Assembly (NCBI RefSeq): GCF_000150275.1
Contig: NW_002060949.1
Span: 4,222,449-4,286,448, forward strand
Source: Trichoplax adhaerens
Lineage: Eukaryota; Animalia; Placozoa
Direction of reading: 5' to 3'
Length of the DNA: 64,000 bases
Positions 38,244 to 57,279 of the stretch are shown one piece after another. The notes under the pieces are model-generated. The model made no database searches, was not told the DNA's origin, and was given only the letters and a program-made list of their open reading frames with translations. Both the position numbers and the translations under genes were made by a program. The stretch's first letter is position 1; every line of letters starts with the position of its first letter.

Positions 38244-38611
38244 TAGAAGAGACCTGGACTGATCGCTCCTTGGACGGACAGACCTTTTGGGCCTCATCTC
38301 ATCGAAATAGAGTGTGCCAAATACTTCGTTATGGCACTCCTTTAGCATGCTAACAGTCGATTTTGAATCGACTGATATTTTCTCAATGAAGCAATACTAC
38401 ATTGAATCTTATTGCCTGTTACAAATTCTGCTTGAAAAAAGAGTTTTTTAAGATCACAGATGCTATTTAAATTGGTACCAGCAATTTACAAATAGGCATG
38501 GAAGATGTATAATTGTATATTAAATAGTCATTTTTTCGACATTTACGCCTCATTATTGAAGTCTGAAAAATCCGTCCGTCTGAGGGAGTGATCAGTCCCA
38601 GTCTTTTTCTA
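38244..38611 (-). mobile_element. MITE-like element, copy B (inverted relative to copy A)
   Basis: TIRs TAGAAGAGACCTGGACTGATCGCTCCTTGGACGGAC ... TCCGTCCGTCTGAGGGAGTGATCAGTCCCAGTCTTTTTCTA. AT-rich non-coding interior homologous to 15705-15996. Confidence 0.85.
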
Positions 38612-38619
38612 GTAGTCCA

Positions 38620-38915
38620 TGAGTACGTACTGTACAGTGTACAGTACTGTACACTAAATTGTACTGTACAGTATACACACAGTATATTGTACTGTATACA
38701 CTGTACTGTACACTGTACGGGAAAGCGTAAAAGCTACAATACATTGGCATGACACGTTAACAACGTCCGGGCTACCATGCGTCTGTATGTGACGCATTTC
38801 GCATTACGCCGACACAGCAAGACGTACTCTGTGTACAGTAGCGTGTAGTCTAGTAGTCTGTAGACGCGTACTGGTCGTCTATTATGCACTCATACTGTAC
38901 TAGTGTAGTACGCCA
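38620..38915. repeat. GTAC-rich array just upstream of TM9SF4 (also 38155-38235)
   Basis: GTACGTACTGTACAGTGTACAGTACTGTACAC... Confidence 0.78.
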
Positions 38916-39040
38916 TCGCTGTTCCCTTCGAGTTCAGTAAGAACGCCGTAGTGCTACAGCTGAAAAGGAATCGACGATAGCCCGTGGCCATCGACATTTT
39001 ACTCTACTCTAATAGTTATTATTATAATTGAATTTGTGCC

Positions 39041-42000
39041 ATGGATAAATTGAAAGTAAGTTCATTTGCAGTATCCAGTTCTTATATCATGGCAAGAGAT
39101 TCAACTTGTACCATTGCTTTGCCTTCTTTAGATTGGTTACATGGCATTAGGGTTGATTTATTTCTTCACCCTTAATGTCCAATTTTCTGATGGATTTTAC
39201 CTACCTGGTGTTGCACCACATGAATATCAAGATCGAGACAAAGTAATCATTAAGGTTAGTATCAATTTTCAATCGCGATCCGTTTGTTCATTTCATCACC
39301 ACGGAATTCCACCCACTGTCAATAGGTCAAGAGTAATCGCGTCTATTTTGTATCCATTTTTCGAGCAATAATGCACCATGACCGATTACCTAGTTGTATA
39401 GCCTTGACGATCAAGTTGCAATCATCAAGTCTACTTTTGTAGAGTACAGTAGTCGGTGGAATTTTCTTGAATTCAATTTTCATGCAACCGTTCATAGATG
39501 CTGATTTAACCAGTCAGTACATTGGCCTTATCCCTTGCAAATGGATGATAAAATTGCAAATTAGTCTAATAAGAATTGTGTCGTTTGCTTGTCGTAGTGC
39601 TATTGTTCTTCATGATCGTCGTGCACATGACGATTTGATCCGATAAAACTCGATAGGAGTTTACCGGCAGTGATGTTTCTATACTCCAAGTTAGATCTTG
39701 ATTGAAATAGACACTAGTATTCAAGTATTACTTCTCTCTCAGGGACTTTGAAAAATGTAATTTAAGACAGAATACAGCCCCTGGTAATGGTATCGTTAAA
39801 GGATAAACCCACCGAATAGATGACAATAGTCATTGAGATAAATTTTAAGTTGCCTTTTCGTCTGACGGTAAATAGATCAGTAATCAATTGTCAATTCTTC
39901 ATTTGCTTCTTTATAGGCTGTCAAAATGACCAGTATTAAGACCGCTCACTTGCCTTATGATTACTACTATTTACCATTTTGTCCTCCTGAAGGAAAAAAG
40001 GAATATAAACCTGAAAATCTTGGTAAGTTTCAATGATGTGTATCTCTATATAGTTGGTTGACATGCTTGCATCAATTGCTCGTAATCATGTTGCATCCAT
40101 ACGCAATACTTGTACAATGATGATAGTGCCATCAATAAAATAATGCCATAGTACAACTACGCTACCACCACAACATAGCGTTCAATTAAATTAAGCAACA
40201 CCTTAGACATGTAAACACTCTGTAACTCCAGCCAGTAATACTTTAATGACTTGTAATTGATTATGAGCCAGTAAATTATGATCGAATTCATGCCATAACT
40301 AACTTTGTGAACATTTTATCTGCAAAAATTATTTTTCATTTTTCTTCCCATTTCATGTTTATTCATTCTTTCCAATTCAATATTTTATTTGTAAACATAT
40401 TTCCACTGTCTCATTATCAAATTAAAAATATGAGTCAGTAATATACAGTACAGTAGATAGTTCAGTAGCGCATCGATGATTATGTAGAACACTTGCCTAT
40501 TACTTGCTTTTGTATTGAATCATCATTTCTCTATAACTAGCTCATTTTTATATCAGAGTAATATAAACTCGTGTAGATGATTTTAATTTTAACTCAGTCC
40601 TTTCTACTATACAGGTGAGGTATTACGAGGTGACCGAATTGTCAATACCGCTTACAAAGTTAGTACACTCTGATAAAGAATGACCTACTGATATCAATGA
40701 ATAATTGACTTTAAGCGTTATGCTGTCTACGATATTGAGATAGTTCGTCTATTGAAAGTTGATATTCGCTATTCAATTCATTACTATCCATCATTAAACT
40801 ATAGTTGAATATGAATAAAGACAAACCATGTGAAATTTTATGCGGATCAGCGGACAAGCCTATAACGATCAGTAAAGATGATGGCAAAAAATTTATTAAA
40901 TTAATTAAACAATCTTACAGTGTACACATGTAAGTATTACTCTAAGTTAATGATCAATGTGGCTAAGCTAAAATAACTTACAAGCTACTGTTAACCTATT
41001 TGTATTGATATCATTCCCTTTTATAGGATTGTAGATAATCTACCAGTAGCTACCAAATTGGTCACTCAAGACAATAGAGTAAGTCAACGGATGGATAGAG
41101 GCCTTAATACCGTCTATTGCAGGCGTTAAGTTAATATTTCAACAATATTTTAACAAATGGTAATTATTGTAATGTATAAATGCCAATTGTTAATGCTTTG
41201 TGTTATAATATGTGTGACTTATAAAGATTCAATATGAACATGGTTTCAAACTTGGTGTGATGTCCAACAATGTGGTAAGTTAATGCCTCGTGACGATGAT
41301 CTTAGAGCCTTGCTAAGTCACGTATTGAAAAGCCATAAATAGATTCGAAAATGTATTCTTTATCTATTCCATCGTAATGACTTCAGTGTAGAATAAAGAT
41401 TATTTTATTACCGATAAATGTTACAAACTAATTTGCTATCATTGCCATCAATTTTGAGAGGATCATTATAATTAAATGAGGACGTAACGAATACCTTGTC
41501 TATACATTATAGGCGTATCTATACAATCATATACAATTTAACATCAAAGTCCATCAAAATAAGGAGAAGTAAGAATGTTAATGTCATTTGAAGCATTATT
41601 TACCCTTATAGCCATCGCCTTAATTTTTCTATTTAAAAACATAATCCGTGTATTGTTTACTCCTTTTATGAATGTATACTAAGCGTAACAATTTTTTTGA
41701 TAATTAGAAAAACTTTCCGTATAGTAGGATTTGAAGCTGCACCTCGCAGGTAAGGCAGCACTTAAATAGTTAACTCGAATGAAGTATTGTTAACTGAGAA
41801 CTTTTCGATTTATGCCACAACTAGTTATGCGTTAGATCAAATTAAGAGTGGAAAGGGTTGCAAATTACCGCAAAAGGGAACTTCTGTTCCTGGTCAAGCC
41901 GTAAAAGCTGGTATGTTTTTATAGGTCACTGATGCACATGTTAATTTCACTACACTTCGACATACTATAGAATCGCGATAATTAATTTACAGGCATTCAT

Positions 42001-44461
42001 TCATTCTTCATAACTTTCAATTTTAAATTATATCCTAACGAACACTTGTTTCTTAACATAAATCTAGACGGTACAACCAAGTTAATGTACACATACTCAG
42101 TAACATGGGAGGAGGTAGTTAATGTATTAATTAATTTATGAAATTATTTGTATTCTTAGAGTATTCTGCTATAATTCAATTATCTTTCACTATCCTATAT
42201 TCTCTAACAGGAAGAATCCATTGAATGGGCGTCTCGTTGGGATACGTATCTGCGTATGTCGGATGTACAGGTATGTACAGTATATACATGCTGAAGTAGT
42301 TTAATTGTTCTTAGTATTTTACTACAATAATTAATATACTAATTTACTGTGTTTCTTTTTTTATAAATATTACTACGTTTAGATACATTGGTTTTCCATA
42401 GTCAATTCTTTGGTTATTGTATTAGTTTTGTCTGGTATGTACCCGTATTTACCAATCATTTGATGTATGCGTTCGATATTCATTACTTCCGTTATTTCTT
42501 ATCAGGTGCACTGGCTATGATCCTTATTCGAACACTTCGCCGAGATATTGCCAACTATAATAAAGATGATGTGGTAATATATTACACGTACGATCAATTA
42601 ATATGCAGACATCCATATAAATCTACCATTCCGGATTAATTATAATATTATAGGAAGAGACGATGGAAGAAACTGGTTGGAAACTTGTTCATGGTGATGT
42701 CTTTCGTCCCCCACCTCATCCAAGACTATTAGCATCCTGCGTTGGAGCTGGAGTACAAATCTTCTACATGTTTTTGGTTACTATCAGTAAGTGAACAATT
42801 TAAAATCGTACCTCTTGTTATTTGAAGATGTAACTTGATTCTGTTTTGTAGTATTTGCTATGTTTGGTATGCTTTCTCCAGCTCGTCGTGGTGCACTAAT
42901 GAATGCCGGGATTGTTATGTTTGTCTTAATGGGGTAATTGATAAGTAACGCCAAACATTCAAATGTTAAATTTTATGCTCAGTTTGTACATATCTAACTA
43001 TGTATACTGTCAAATGTTGATATCGAACAATCTAACATAATTTTTATATTGAATATACAGTACGATAGCCGGATACAGCTCAGGTAGATTGTTTAAAACA
43101 ATAAAAGGCCAAGAATGGAAGAAATCAGCATTCCTGGTAGGTTCTTCATTATTTGATATTACGAAGAAACAAATGTCTTGATATATAATTATTTCAACTT
43201 CTTTATCTCCTTCGTAAGACTGCTACCTTATATCCAGGTATTATATTTGGCACCTGCTTCATTCTAAATTTTTTCTTATGGGGACAACAATCAACTGGAG
43301 CTGTTAGTATATGCAGATATACTTAGGATCGTAGTGTTTAATGCATCAATTTCTATAATTTGCATTGCCCAATGTTGAATGTATTATTCATTGATTCAAT
43401 TTGTACTTTTAATATTAATTTTAGGTGCCATTTACCACTATGTTAGCGCTTTTATTACTTTGGTTTGGCATCTCTACTCCCCTAGTTTACTTAGGTAGCT
43501 ATTTTGGTTATCGTAAGCAGGTAAGATAGATACACGTAAACAATAATTTCTTTCTATCATGATGTCATGCCATATTCAGCTTTGAATCCTTTATCTTTTT
43601 GGTTTAACATCTTTTAATAGCCTTACGAACATCCTGTACGCACAAACCAAATTCCAAGACAGGTTCCTGAACAAGTTTGGTACATGCATCCGATCATCTG
43701 GTATATCAGCATTTTTTAAATTTCCAAGCAAATTAATTGCGTAGATTTAATTTCGAAATCTTTTATTTTGTTTAATCCTTTCAGCACGTTAATAGCAGGT
43801 GTTCTGCCTTTTGGTGCCTTCTTCATCGAGCTCTTCTTTATTCTTACTGTAAGAACCTATTCTAAATAATTATTTTTGGCACCTTTTTTACTCATAACGA
43901 TCCAATTGTCTTTAATTTTACAGGCAATTTGGGAAAACCAATTTTATTATCTATTCGGCTTCCTTTTTCTCGTTTTCCTGATATTGGTGGTTTCTTGTTC
44001 AGAAATTACTATTGCATTAACTTATTTTCAGCTTTGTGCAGAGGTAGAGTGTTCTATTGGTAGTTACGTTCGATGGCTTACCACTTGTTTAAAATTGCGT
44101 TAATTTGTAAATTCCTATTGTAGAATTATCACTGGTGGTGGAGAAGTTTTTTTATGTCCGGCGGTTGTTCGATATACGTTTTTGCATATTGCATATTTTA
44201 CTATGTGGCCAAGGTTTGTTATTAACATATGACTATGTGCAAAGCTAAGAATTATCTATCACATCTATTCTCTAAAGTAATTAAATGAAATATCTATTTT
44301 CTTAATCTTAGCTGGATATCATCGATTTTGTCCCCACTTTGCTGTACTTTGGATACACAATGCTAATGATTCTTACATTTTATCTGTTAACTGGCACAAT
44401 TGGATTTTTTTCAACTTATTGGTTCATCAGGCGCATATATGGTGCAGTAAAAATCGATTAG
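39041..44461 (+). CDS. TM9SF4: Transmembrane 9 superfamily member (nonaspanin), TM9SF4-like
   Basis: MDKLK|[12 protein letters not shown]; [26 protein letters not shown]; VDNLPVA; WASRWDTYL; IHWFSIVNS; [16 protein letters not shown]; [12 protein letters not shown]; [12 protein letters not shown]; NYHWWWRSF; ends YGAVKID* (KxD motif). Confidence 0.92.
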
Positions 44462-45360
44462 CAAATTCTATCTTTCTTTAGGTAACTTTCTATTTACAAT
44501 ATTATAGTACGTATGTACAGTATAGCAATTTACTAACTTGCAACAAACACGAAGATAATTATCCTAATTAGCACTTTAAGCCATTATTCATACTGGTTGT
44601 ACAACTAGATAAAGTTGTTTATCAGGAGGTACAAATTATCAACTTGTAACTATAAATTTGAAACTTTGTACCTATTTACGTATTTGGCAATGCATGTCTG
44701 TAATGTTATGACAACAAACAACATATTTGATGTTTTAAAAAAATGTTTAGTTGACGTCATATAGCATTAGATGTGATTGTCGTAAAATGTTGTATTGGTC
44801 CTTAAATAAATTCAAAACAAGTTCTTAATGGGGACGCGAGTAACGTTTAGCTCTGCATTATTTGATGGCATAACTCGTGCTTCAATCACTTGCTGTAAGT
44901 ATAGATCAGGTATGGGGCTATAAAGGTTTACTTTTATTTGAGGTGTGTAGATGATGAACAAGTTGTTCATTTTTAACAATACCGTAATATCAGACTGAAA
45001 ATATACACTCGTATAAGTTAATTAAGACAAAACAGCCCTGTCCAATTGTGAGGAAAATCATTTCAAAATTTCATAGTATACGTGTATATATTATATATAC
45101 ATTGCCATAATACTGTAAGCAAATATCAACAATAATTTGTAATATACTACCTTTTAGAGATAGAAGATTTCCAGCAATGTGCATTACGAAAAGAATGCAA
45201 TTAAAACAGGTCTTTTGATAAACGAATGGTCGTAAATCTGTAATGGATGTATAGTAAAATACTTTGCGTACATAGAATAAACACATGTTCCTTGCCAGAG
45301 TTATTATCATATTCAAATATTGCTTTTAACTGCATTTTAGTAGAATAATTAACAGTAACA

Positions 45361-50107
<4,747 letters not shown>

Positions 50108-50169
50108 AGCCGTAGAAATTTCGCTCCAGTTGGCAGCTCCTTGACGTACAAACGAGAAGGTTGGGTGTC

Positions 50170-50770
50170 AAAGGCCTCCACTGTGTACAGTACAGTATAT
50201 CGATCCTATACCGGTAAGGTATCGATACCGTACGGCAATGGTACCGTACAATACACTGGAGTACTGTACTGTACTGTACACTGTACACTGTACAGAAGGG
50301 GTAGCTTCAGACAGACAGATGATGTAAAAAGCCGTCTTGCCGTTTCACACATTAATTAATTAATTAACTGTATGGGTTCTATTCGTTCCATGGGCACTGG
50401 ACCAGGGATGTCATTGGACGTTGCATACAGGACTGTACTGTACATAGTGTACTGTACACTAATTTACAGGAGATGCTGGGAGCTAGGGACTACTAAAACT
50501 AAAGGGGAGAAGGACCTTGGAGTAGCTTGCAACTGGTAAAAATGCCAGCGTCGATGATACTGTTGATCATGCAAGATTTAACTACACCGTACATCTCCGT
50601 CTCTAACGATAGTAATTATTTATTCAAAACTGTCAGTGTACTGTACAAAGTGGGCTGTAAAAGTAGCGAGTATAGCCACTAAGTGGTATATAGTACAGTA
50701 CGGTGTACGATTCCAGTCTTCCAGTCCATAATAAAATAAACAGCAAACTACATTGGACGGTACAGTACGA
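50170..50770. promoter_or_regulatory. Bidirectional promoter region ELP3/RPS21 with GTAC arrays
   Basis: Head-to-head genes (ELP3 ATG at 50107, RPS21 leader at about 50845). GTAC arrays at 50180-50295, 50430-50460 and 50635-50770. Confidence 0.6.
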
Positions 50771-50844
50771 TCAACTTCACGCTATTTCGGACAGTGCACG
50801 CAGGCGCAAATTGTCCTGAATCAAAGCCACGTTTTTCTGTACAG

Positions 50845-50889
50845 TTCTTTTCGTCCCACCGAATTGGAAGGTTGCATCTCTGCGTTAAG
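50845..50889 (+). promoter_or_regulatory. Probable TCT/5'TOP start and non-coding first exon of RPS21
   Basis: Polypyrimidine TTCTTTTC followed by a short exon and donor AAG|GTATCT, the layout typical of ribosomal-protein genes. Confidence 0.55.
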
Positions 50890-51481
50890 GTATCTTGTAA
50901 AAATTGATTTTAACCTCTCAAATAGACAGATCTATGCTGTAGGCGATCTTGAATAAGTTATAACACCATTAGAGTGCTTGATGTTGCTTTAGGCTTTTTT
51001 GAATGGATGTTATTTACCGTTATTCTGATGATATTCGACCATCTTCATTTCCAACTTTCTGTATTGATGGCGTTTCTCCGATCTACAAGCGTAGTGTTGT
51101 CAGAAGTTATTTGATTAGAATTGTCGATAGACACTTTATGCGTATTATTTTACTGAAGTAAAAGTATATCACAGGACTGTGTACTATTTCTAGGATAGAT
51201 GCATTACTAAAAGAAAAATAGAGATGGTGCCCTTTGATTATGACTTTAAATATCAATGAAATAGGCTTAATCTTAGTGGAGGTTTCATAGCAACTACCAA
51301 CCTGTACATGTAGTGTTGTACATAGGATTGTACAGTAAACTAAAGTACCCCGTTAACCATTAGTTTACATGGAAATCTTTACAGATAGATCTGTACGAGT
51401 ATATTCCATTATTTTAGATACCGAATCTCACTACTTTTTTCTGTACTACCCTTCAAAAGATAACCTATCGATTGAACGACA

Positions 51482-52486
51482 ATGCAAAACGAAGCCGGCG
51501 ATTACGTTGATTTATACTTACCCCGTAAATGGTAAGCCTGAACTTATTCATGTAGAAAATACCCATATCATGAAGAATATATTGATAATCGGACTTCAAT
51601 TAGTTTAATAGCGTATTAACACTTACAATCGAAACCGATAAGGCTATATTCGTATTCTGTAATAATACAGTATGTTCATCCGTTGACCTATTCGTAGTCT
51701 CTGTTTTGAAAATTGTAAAAACATTCTCTATGGTATAATCAAATACAGTACTATATAATATTCATCGTCGTCAGTATAAAATTGATTTTAAAATTATTAG
51801 TGGGATTGCAACACTGCTGTACGTACGAACCATGTTGGTATCATGTAATATCTAATTAATTCATATTGGCATTCTATGTGCTTGACAGTTCCGTCACCAA
51901 CCGTATTATTCCTGCGAATGATCATGCTGCCGTACAGATTAACATAGCAGAGGTATAGACATTTCTTTCTCATGTGCAGTTTTATGCTGCAAATAGTTTA
52001 CATTTTTACTTGAGCACAATTCAGTTATATTTGAATCAAAATAGGCCAATAATTTATATTTGATGTATCTTTGGTATTACTTAGGTTGATGAAGAAACTG
52101 GCATAATCAGAAATGGTAAATTTAAAACTTACGCTGTATGTGGCAGTACACGAGCTATGGTAAGGGTTGTACTAAATCTTTTACTACATTTATTTTCGCT
52201 TGTTTGCTTAAATGAAATTAATATCGATAGTGACGCTTGTCATATTACAGCTTTATCTTGTTATACGAGAGTTTAAATTGCCTAAAATTTACGTGTAATA
52301 TTTTTAATGATATAGGGAGAAGCTGATGATGCTCTGACGAGATTGTGTAGAGAAGATGGAATTGCCAAAAGGTTAATACGTAGTGTATAGTATATATTAT
52401 CGATGATTCTGATAGTGTTGGTTTCGTACTTTATTTATCATGCATCTTTGGATAACATCGACTCTTATTTTTTCAGGGATATTTGA
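51482..52486 (+). CDS. RPS21: 40S ribosomal protein S21 (eS21), 5 coding exons
   Basis: MQNEAGDYVDLYLPRKC|SVTNRIIPANDHAAVQINIAE|VDEETG..FKTYAVCGSTRAM|GEADDALTRL..AKR|DI*. Absent from the ORF track because the exons are short. Confidence 0.96.
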
Positions 52487-52953
52487 ATTTGACGATTATG
52501 TGTAAAGAAACAAAAATTAATTGAAAATAAATTTAATTCAACCGACTACATTTGTATGCGTACAATTTGCTTTTCTTGTAATATATATATATCTTAGTTT
52601 AATTGTACACTTTCGGTTAATCACGGAGTATCAATTAGTATAGACAATACAAATCAAGGATATTGAAAATCGTTGAAAGTTTGAACTTTCCACTTTAGTA
52701 ATCAATGTGGTACGAAATATAGCAGCAGTACTGCACAATCGTGGATTGTCATAAGACTGCAATATAGGTGTACCGCAAGGTTCTTTCTTAAAATTACAGT
52801 GTTTATACGTAGAATGGCTAAAGTAAATTTCCTTTCTGGCATGTAATAATTTTAACTTTTATCCTTCTAAATTCTAATCAGAACATTTATCAATCACAAT
52901 AGCTATGAATTAGTTGAAAGATTTACATTAAATGGTTAGTTACCAAGTTGAGT

Positions 52954-55900
52954 TCACTTTTTTACTGAAACAACTACGATAACGACTACGACCACGACCA
53001 CAACTAAAAGAATACCGATTATACAACACATTTTGGTCCTTGCTTTTTTCTATAATTTAAACAAAAGTACGCATATTAGAGAAGCACCCATATTATGCTA
53101 TGATTATAGTTATCAATTTAGTATCACTAGCTCCCTACCTGATATTGGCTCGCTTTGCGTAGTTGTACGTTAGCGCCGACGACGTTGTTGGACGCTCTAT
53201 CTACATTGGCTTCAATAGAGTCTAAAAGTATTGATATATCGCGATATAAGTTAATTAATAGTCCACGACGAGGTACTTTTTTTATTTCTACTTTTTTAAT
53301 AGTAAATGTCTTGAAAATGTACCGATTACTTCTCCCTGTTCTTGCACTATTACAGCCAAGTCTTTGAAAATTTCATTCACGTTTATGATATCAGCCTTGA
53401 GAAATACCGGACAAAAGCAATTTCAGTAAATGGAGAATACAATTGGAAATTGCAACTAATTACGCAATTCGTCAATTAAGTTGTATAGTACCTCAATCGC
53501 ATGAATTTGCCTACTTCTCTCTTCAATGAGTTCAGTATCTTCATCTAACTGTTGCTGCTGCATTTTTAAATTATCTAATTTTTGTCTATGACAATAATTT
53601 TTATAATCAATCTCACCATTTTACTATACGTATTAATGTAAATTCAAATATTACCTTCTGTCTTCTTCCTCGACGAGTCTTTGTTTCTCTTCTGCCAAGT
53701 AGGGATCCTAACATAAAATGCCAAGACAGTTGCATTTACTACTACGTGCAGTAGTTTCATATTTATCCATCATTCCCATGTCATTGGCGTAAAATGCTAT
53801 TCAGTCATTGTGTCATTAAATTTTGAACAAACCTCGCCTCTATGAGTGACTTCATAATTGCGCTTTGAGGATAGAGGAGTAGCTCTTTCCTTTTCGGCAA
53901 TTTTCTAGATTAGAAAAAGTACATGTGTGTTAATACTTAAAACTATAGTGTTCTTTTTGCTGAATTACTCGATCCTTGATAGTTAACTTATTGGTACTTG
54001 GTAGTATTACCGTTTGCGAAGTGCTGTAGGATTTAACGGCCGTCATAAAATCGCTCTTCAGTTTATCGAATCTTAATTTTTCCGCTTTCTAGTCGACATA
54101 TGTAGTGATAAATTTATATTATTACTTTACTGATAATTTCATACTGTAGAATAGCAAATATTGGTCTAAATCAGAGCGATTGACCAACTTCAAAACCGTC
54201 CAAACTTGAGGATGATTCCCTAACTAATCTTGTTGTCTCATTAATGGTAGCATTAGTCGATTGTTGCATATCACGCCTACATGAGGTAATTTTAAAAGTA
54301 GTTGGGAAGATTTTGTCAGTTGTTTTTACAATTATTTTTAATAGTTATAAAATGTACGTTGACAGTATAGCTGAAATGAGTGAAAGTACTTTGCCGCAAT
54401 ATCCGACCAACTTACAATTTTACACGCAAATCGGTTCCATCTCTAGTAGTTCCAAGTTGCTTAGAGAGCCGGTTGAGAGAAGTAACTATAGCACAAAGAT
54501 TCATAAAGGAATAATTATATATTAACGAAAGCCCTTCCTAATATTCCAAAATTGACGATATACTGCACGTGTATGACAAAGTATTAGACTTTTGCACTGT
54601 AGAGATAAAAGGTTGCAATATTAATGGTATGGTATTTCAATAGTCTGTTTTAAAAATTTTGTAATTTATTATACTCTTACAACTGACATAAAAGTGGTCA
54701 AACGTTGCAAGTAGATTCTGTATTTATTCTCCTATACAGTAGTCTTATTAAGTGCAAATCATCATTGATATAAGGACTTTAGGTATCTAATATCTAATTA
54801 TAGTTGTATTCTCTCAGTTGCATTGCTGTTCATTAAAGGAGATTGTAGACTGTTACTGTAAGATATTAGTTTTGCTATAGTCTGAACGATATTTGTAGAT
54901 AGTATAGAACTGCAGCGAAAACTGTACGCTATTGCGGTTAATTAGTAGCTCAAATTTCTTTGTAATTCACAGTAATTTATACTGTAATATTAAGATATCA
55001 CGTATCAGAAAATTAAAAGGTATAATATTAGTAAATAAGGAACGAGAATTGTAGATGATCAACATCTGATAAGATAATACTTACCATTTCTATTTATTTC
55101 AGCAATAGCAGATGAAATGTTTTGAGAAATGGTATTAAATGTACTTCTTCCTCTTCCTGATATTGGAAATATATAAATAAAATAAAATTTTGAAAGGATG
55201 TCAGGGTGTAATTGACAATTGCGATATTACAAAGTCAATTTTTTTTATAGTACCTACAAATACAAGTATGATGATGTAAATGCAGCAAGATCTCTCAGTA
55301 TTATAAGTCTTACTTAGGGAAAGATTATTAACTGTAGGTACTACTGTATTGTGATACGCAGCCATCCTAGGATTTGCAATATACTGTAATTCGCTTTTCA
55401 ATATATATTCTCCGCATCAAAACTATAGTATCAACCTGTAAATTGCGATATACTTATACAGTAAGTATTACATCTTAATCTTAATTTTAAGTTACTTCAC
55501 CATAAAACAGCATACAGTACTCTTGGAAATAAAGAGACAGTATGTGTATAAGTTGCAGATATGAAACGTAGAAATCGTAACATCATTAATTATTACACCA
55601 CGGTATACTGGATAGTGTACAGTAATGTACTGGTAAGTATTTCATCTTTTCAACAATCCGGTAACTCTTGATATAATTAGACTGCAACAGAGTTCTGTCC
55701 GCTATTACTGTAGCCTATTGTTTGGTATAATTCTATTGCGAGGATTCAATCCACCAGCGTATAAATGAAACATTATTGCAGAGTATTGCTGAAGGATAAG
55801 TTTCAAAAACTACGGTCGCTTTATCACCTATCCGCTATCATTATAATCTATCCACTTGTTTTACTAAAACAACTGCTCATACGAACCGGGAAGGTATCCT

Positions 55901-55974
55901 TGTCCACCTAACGTTCCATAACCTGGCGGTTGATTAGCAAATGTTGAATTGGCTGCAAAATCACCCCTTGACAT
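52954..55974 (-). CDS. Endosomal Qa-SNARE, syntaxin-7/12(13)-like
   Basis: Habc: ISQNISSAIAEINRN|VTSLNRLSKQLGTTRDGTDLRVKL, KLRFDKLKSDF. SNARE: LIEERSRQIHAIE|ADIINVNEIFKDLAVIVQEQGEVI|DSIEANV..QLRKASQYQ. C-terminal TM: KKARTKMCCIIGILLVVVVVVVVIVVVSVKK*. The start exon (MSRGDFAAN.., 55974) is less certain. Confidence 0.88.
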
Positions 55975-56304
55975 TATTATGATTGCGTAGAACAGTGCTG
56001 CTTGTAGAAATAATAATGATAACTATTTACTGTTGAAGAATAATGATCACACTATTATTTTTGCCACAGGTTCTAAAGTATCGATCAACAGTGTCATTCG
56101 ATAATACACATGAAAGGGTTGCTTCCTGCTACACTTTATCAAGATCGTAGTGATCTTCAACTACTTTCCAAGCAGTTTGGCGTTACCGATGAAATACCTG
56201 GTACAGAAATAGAAATTAAAATTTGACAGCTTTGGATAGATACGTAGATAAATAACAGTATCAAGATGGAAGCTATCAAGATTTCTTGATTATCATCAGA
56301 TCTG

Positions 56305-56640
56305 CAGCTACAGTGTACAATACTTAAGACTATAGAGCATAGTACTGTACACTGTACACTGTACTGTACACTACCGTACAGTACAGACTGTACAGTACCT
56401 ACGGTAGACGGCTTTATTCTAGTACTGTACACTGTACTGTACTGTACTGTACTGTTGGAGCCGCAGATATTTATTTACGGCTTCAGGCCACGACATTACG
56501 TCATGTGCTAAATACAGTACTGTACACTGAGTGTACAGTACATAATCAGGCACAGTACGCGTGATACAAAAACTGTGCTCAGTACAGGATGGCACAATAA
56601 CAGGATCTAGACTAGTCTACAGTATGGTACAGAACAGTAT
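56305..56640. repeat. GTAC-rich array upstream of the syntaxin gene
   Basis: AGTACTGTACACTGTACACTGTACTGTACAC...(ACTGT)n. Confidence 0.8.
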
Positions 56641-57279
56641 AACTAGTAGTAGAGAGGTCTCTATAGTAGCAGGCATGCGCGAGATTTTTGAGGGCAAGCT
56701 TCCAACTGGGCATGGGTACGGTGCAGTGAGTTCCAAGTTGGCTCCAACTTCCAACACTTCGTTTTAGTCTACGTAGCCATGGTAATGCCATGTGCCATGC
56801 GTATGTAATAAGAAATACCTTGAGCAAGGTTGATTTTCTGGTGATCCAAAATCTAGCTATCCCTAGTATTACTAGCCCGTTCGATTGACAATTGTAGAAT
56901 TTACTACAGTCTCGAGGTGCTCAAAATTTCTCTACCACGAGTATTACGCAAACGGAGAAACGTCTTTCATACAAGTACAGTATAGTAATTAATCGAACAC
57001 CTTCAGTATATTAATGTACATATGACACATACATTACTAGTACTGGAAGATGTGTCGATTATTTTCAATTCACGTGACAGAAGAACTGCAGACTGCAATA
57101 GTTCATATCAATATATAAAAAAAAAATAAATAAATAGAAGTATAGAACACCATCAACTAATACTTGATGCATTTTGGTTCTATAGTAATCGATTTATCAT
57201 TTTGAACTTCATGCTAGGCATAGGCTAATATTAGGCAATGTAGGTCATTCTATTAGTATAACGCTTTTAATGATCGAAA

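Noticed and set aside
50890-51459. U12 intron or intronic snoRNA in the RPS21 leader intron
   Set aside because: The donor GTATCTTG deviates from the U12 consensus and there is no CCTTAAC branch; no convincing C/D box pair with a terminal stem was seen.
54680-54732. Alternative exon in the syntaxin intron ending in GTT|GTAAG
   Set aside because: Frames compatible with the flanking exons contain stop codons.
56305-56640. CRISPR-like repeat array
   Set aside because: Eukaryotic context; the units are 5-7 bp degenerate repeats without unique spacers, and no cas genes are present.
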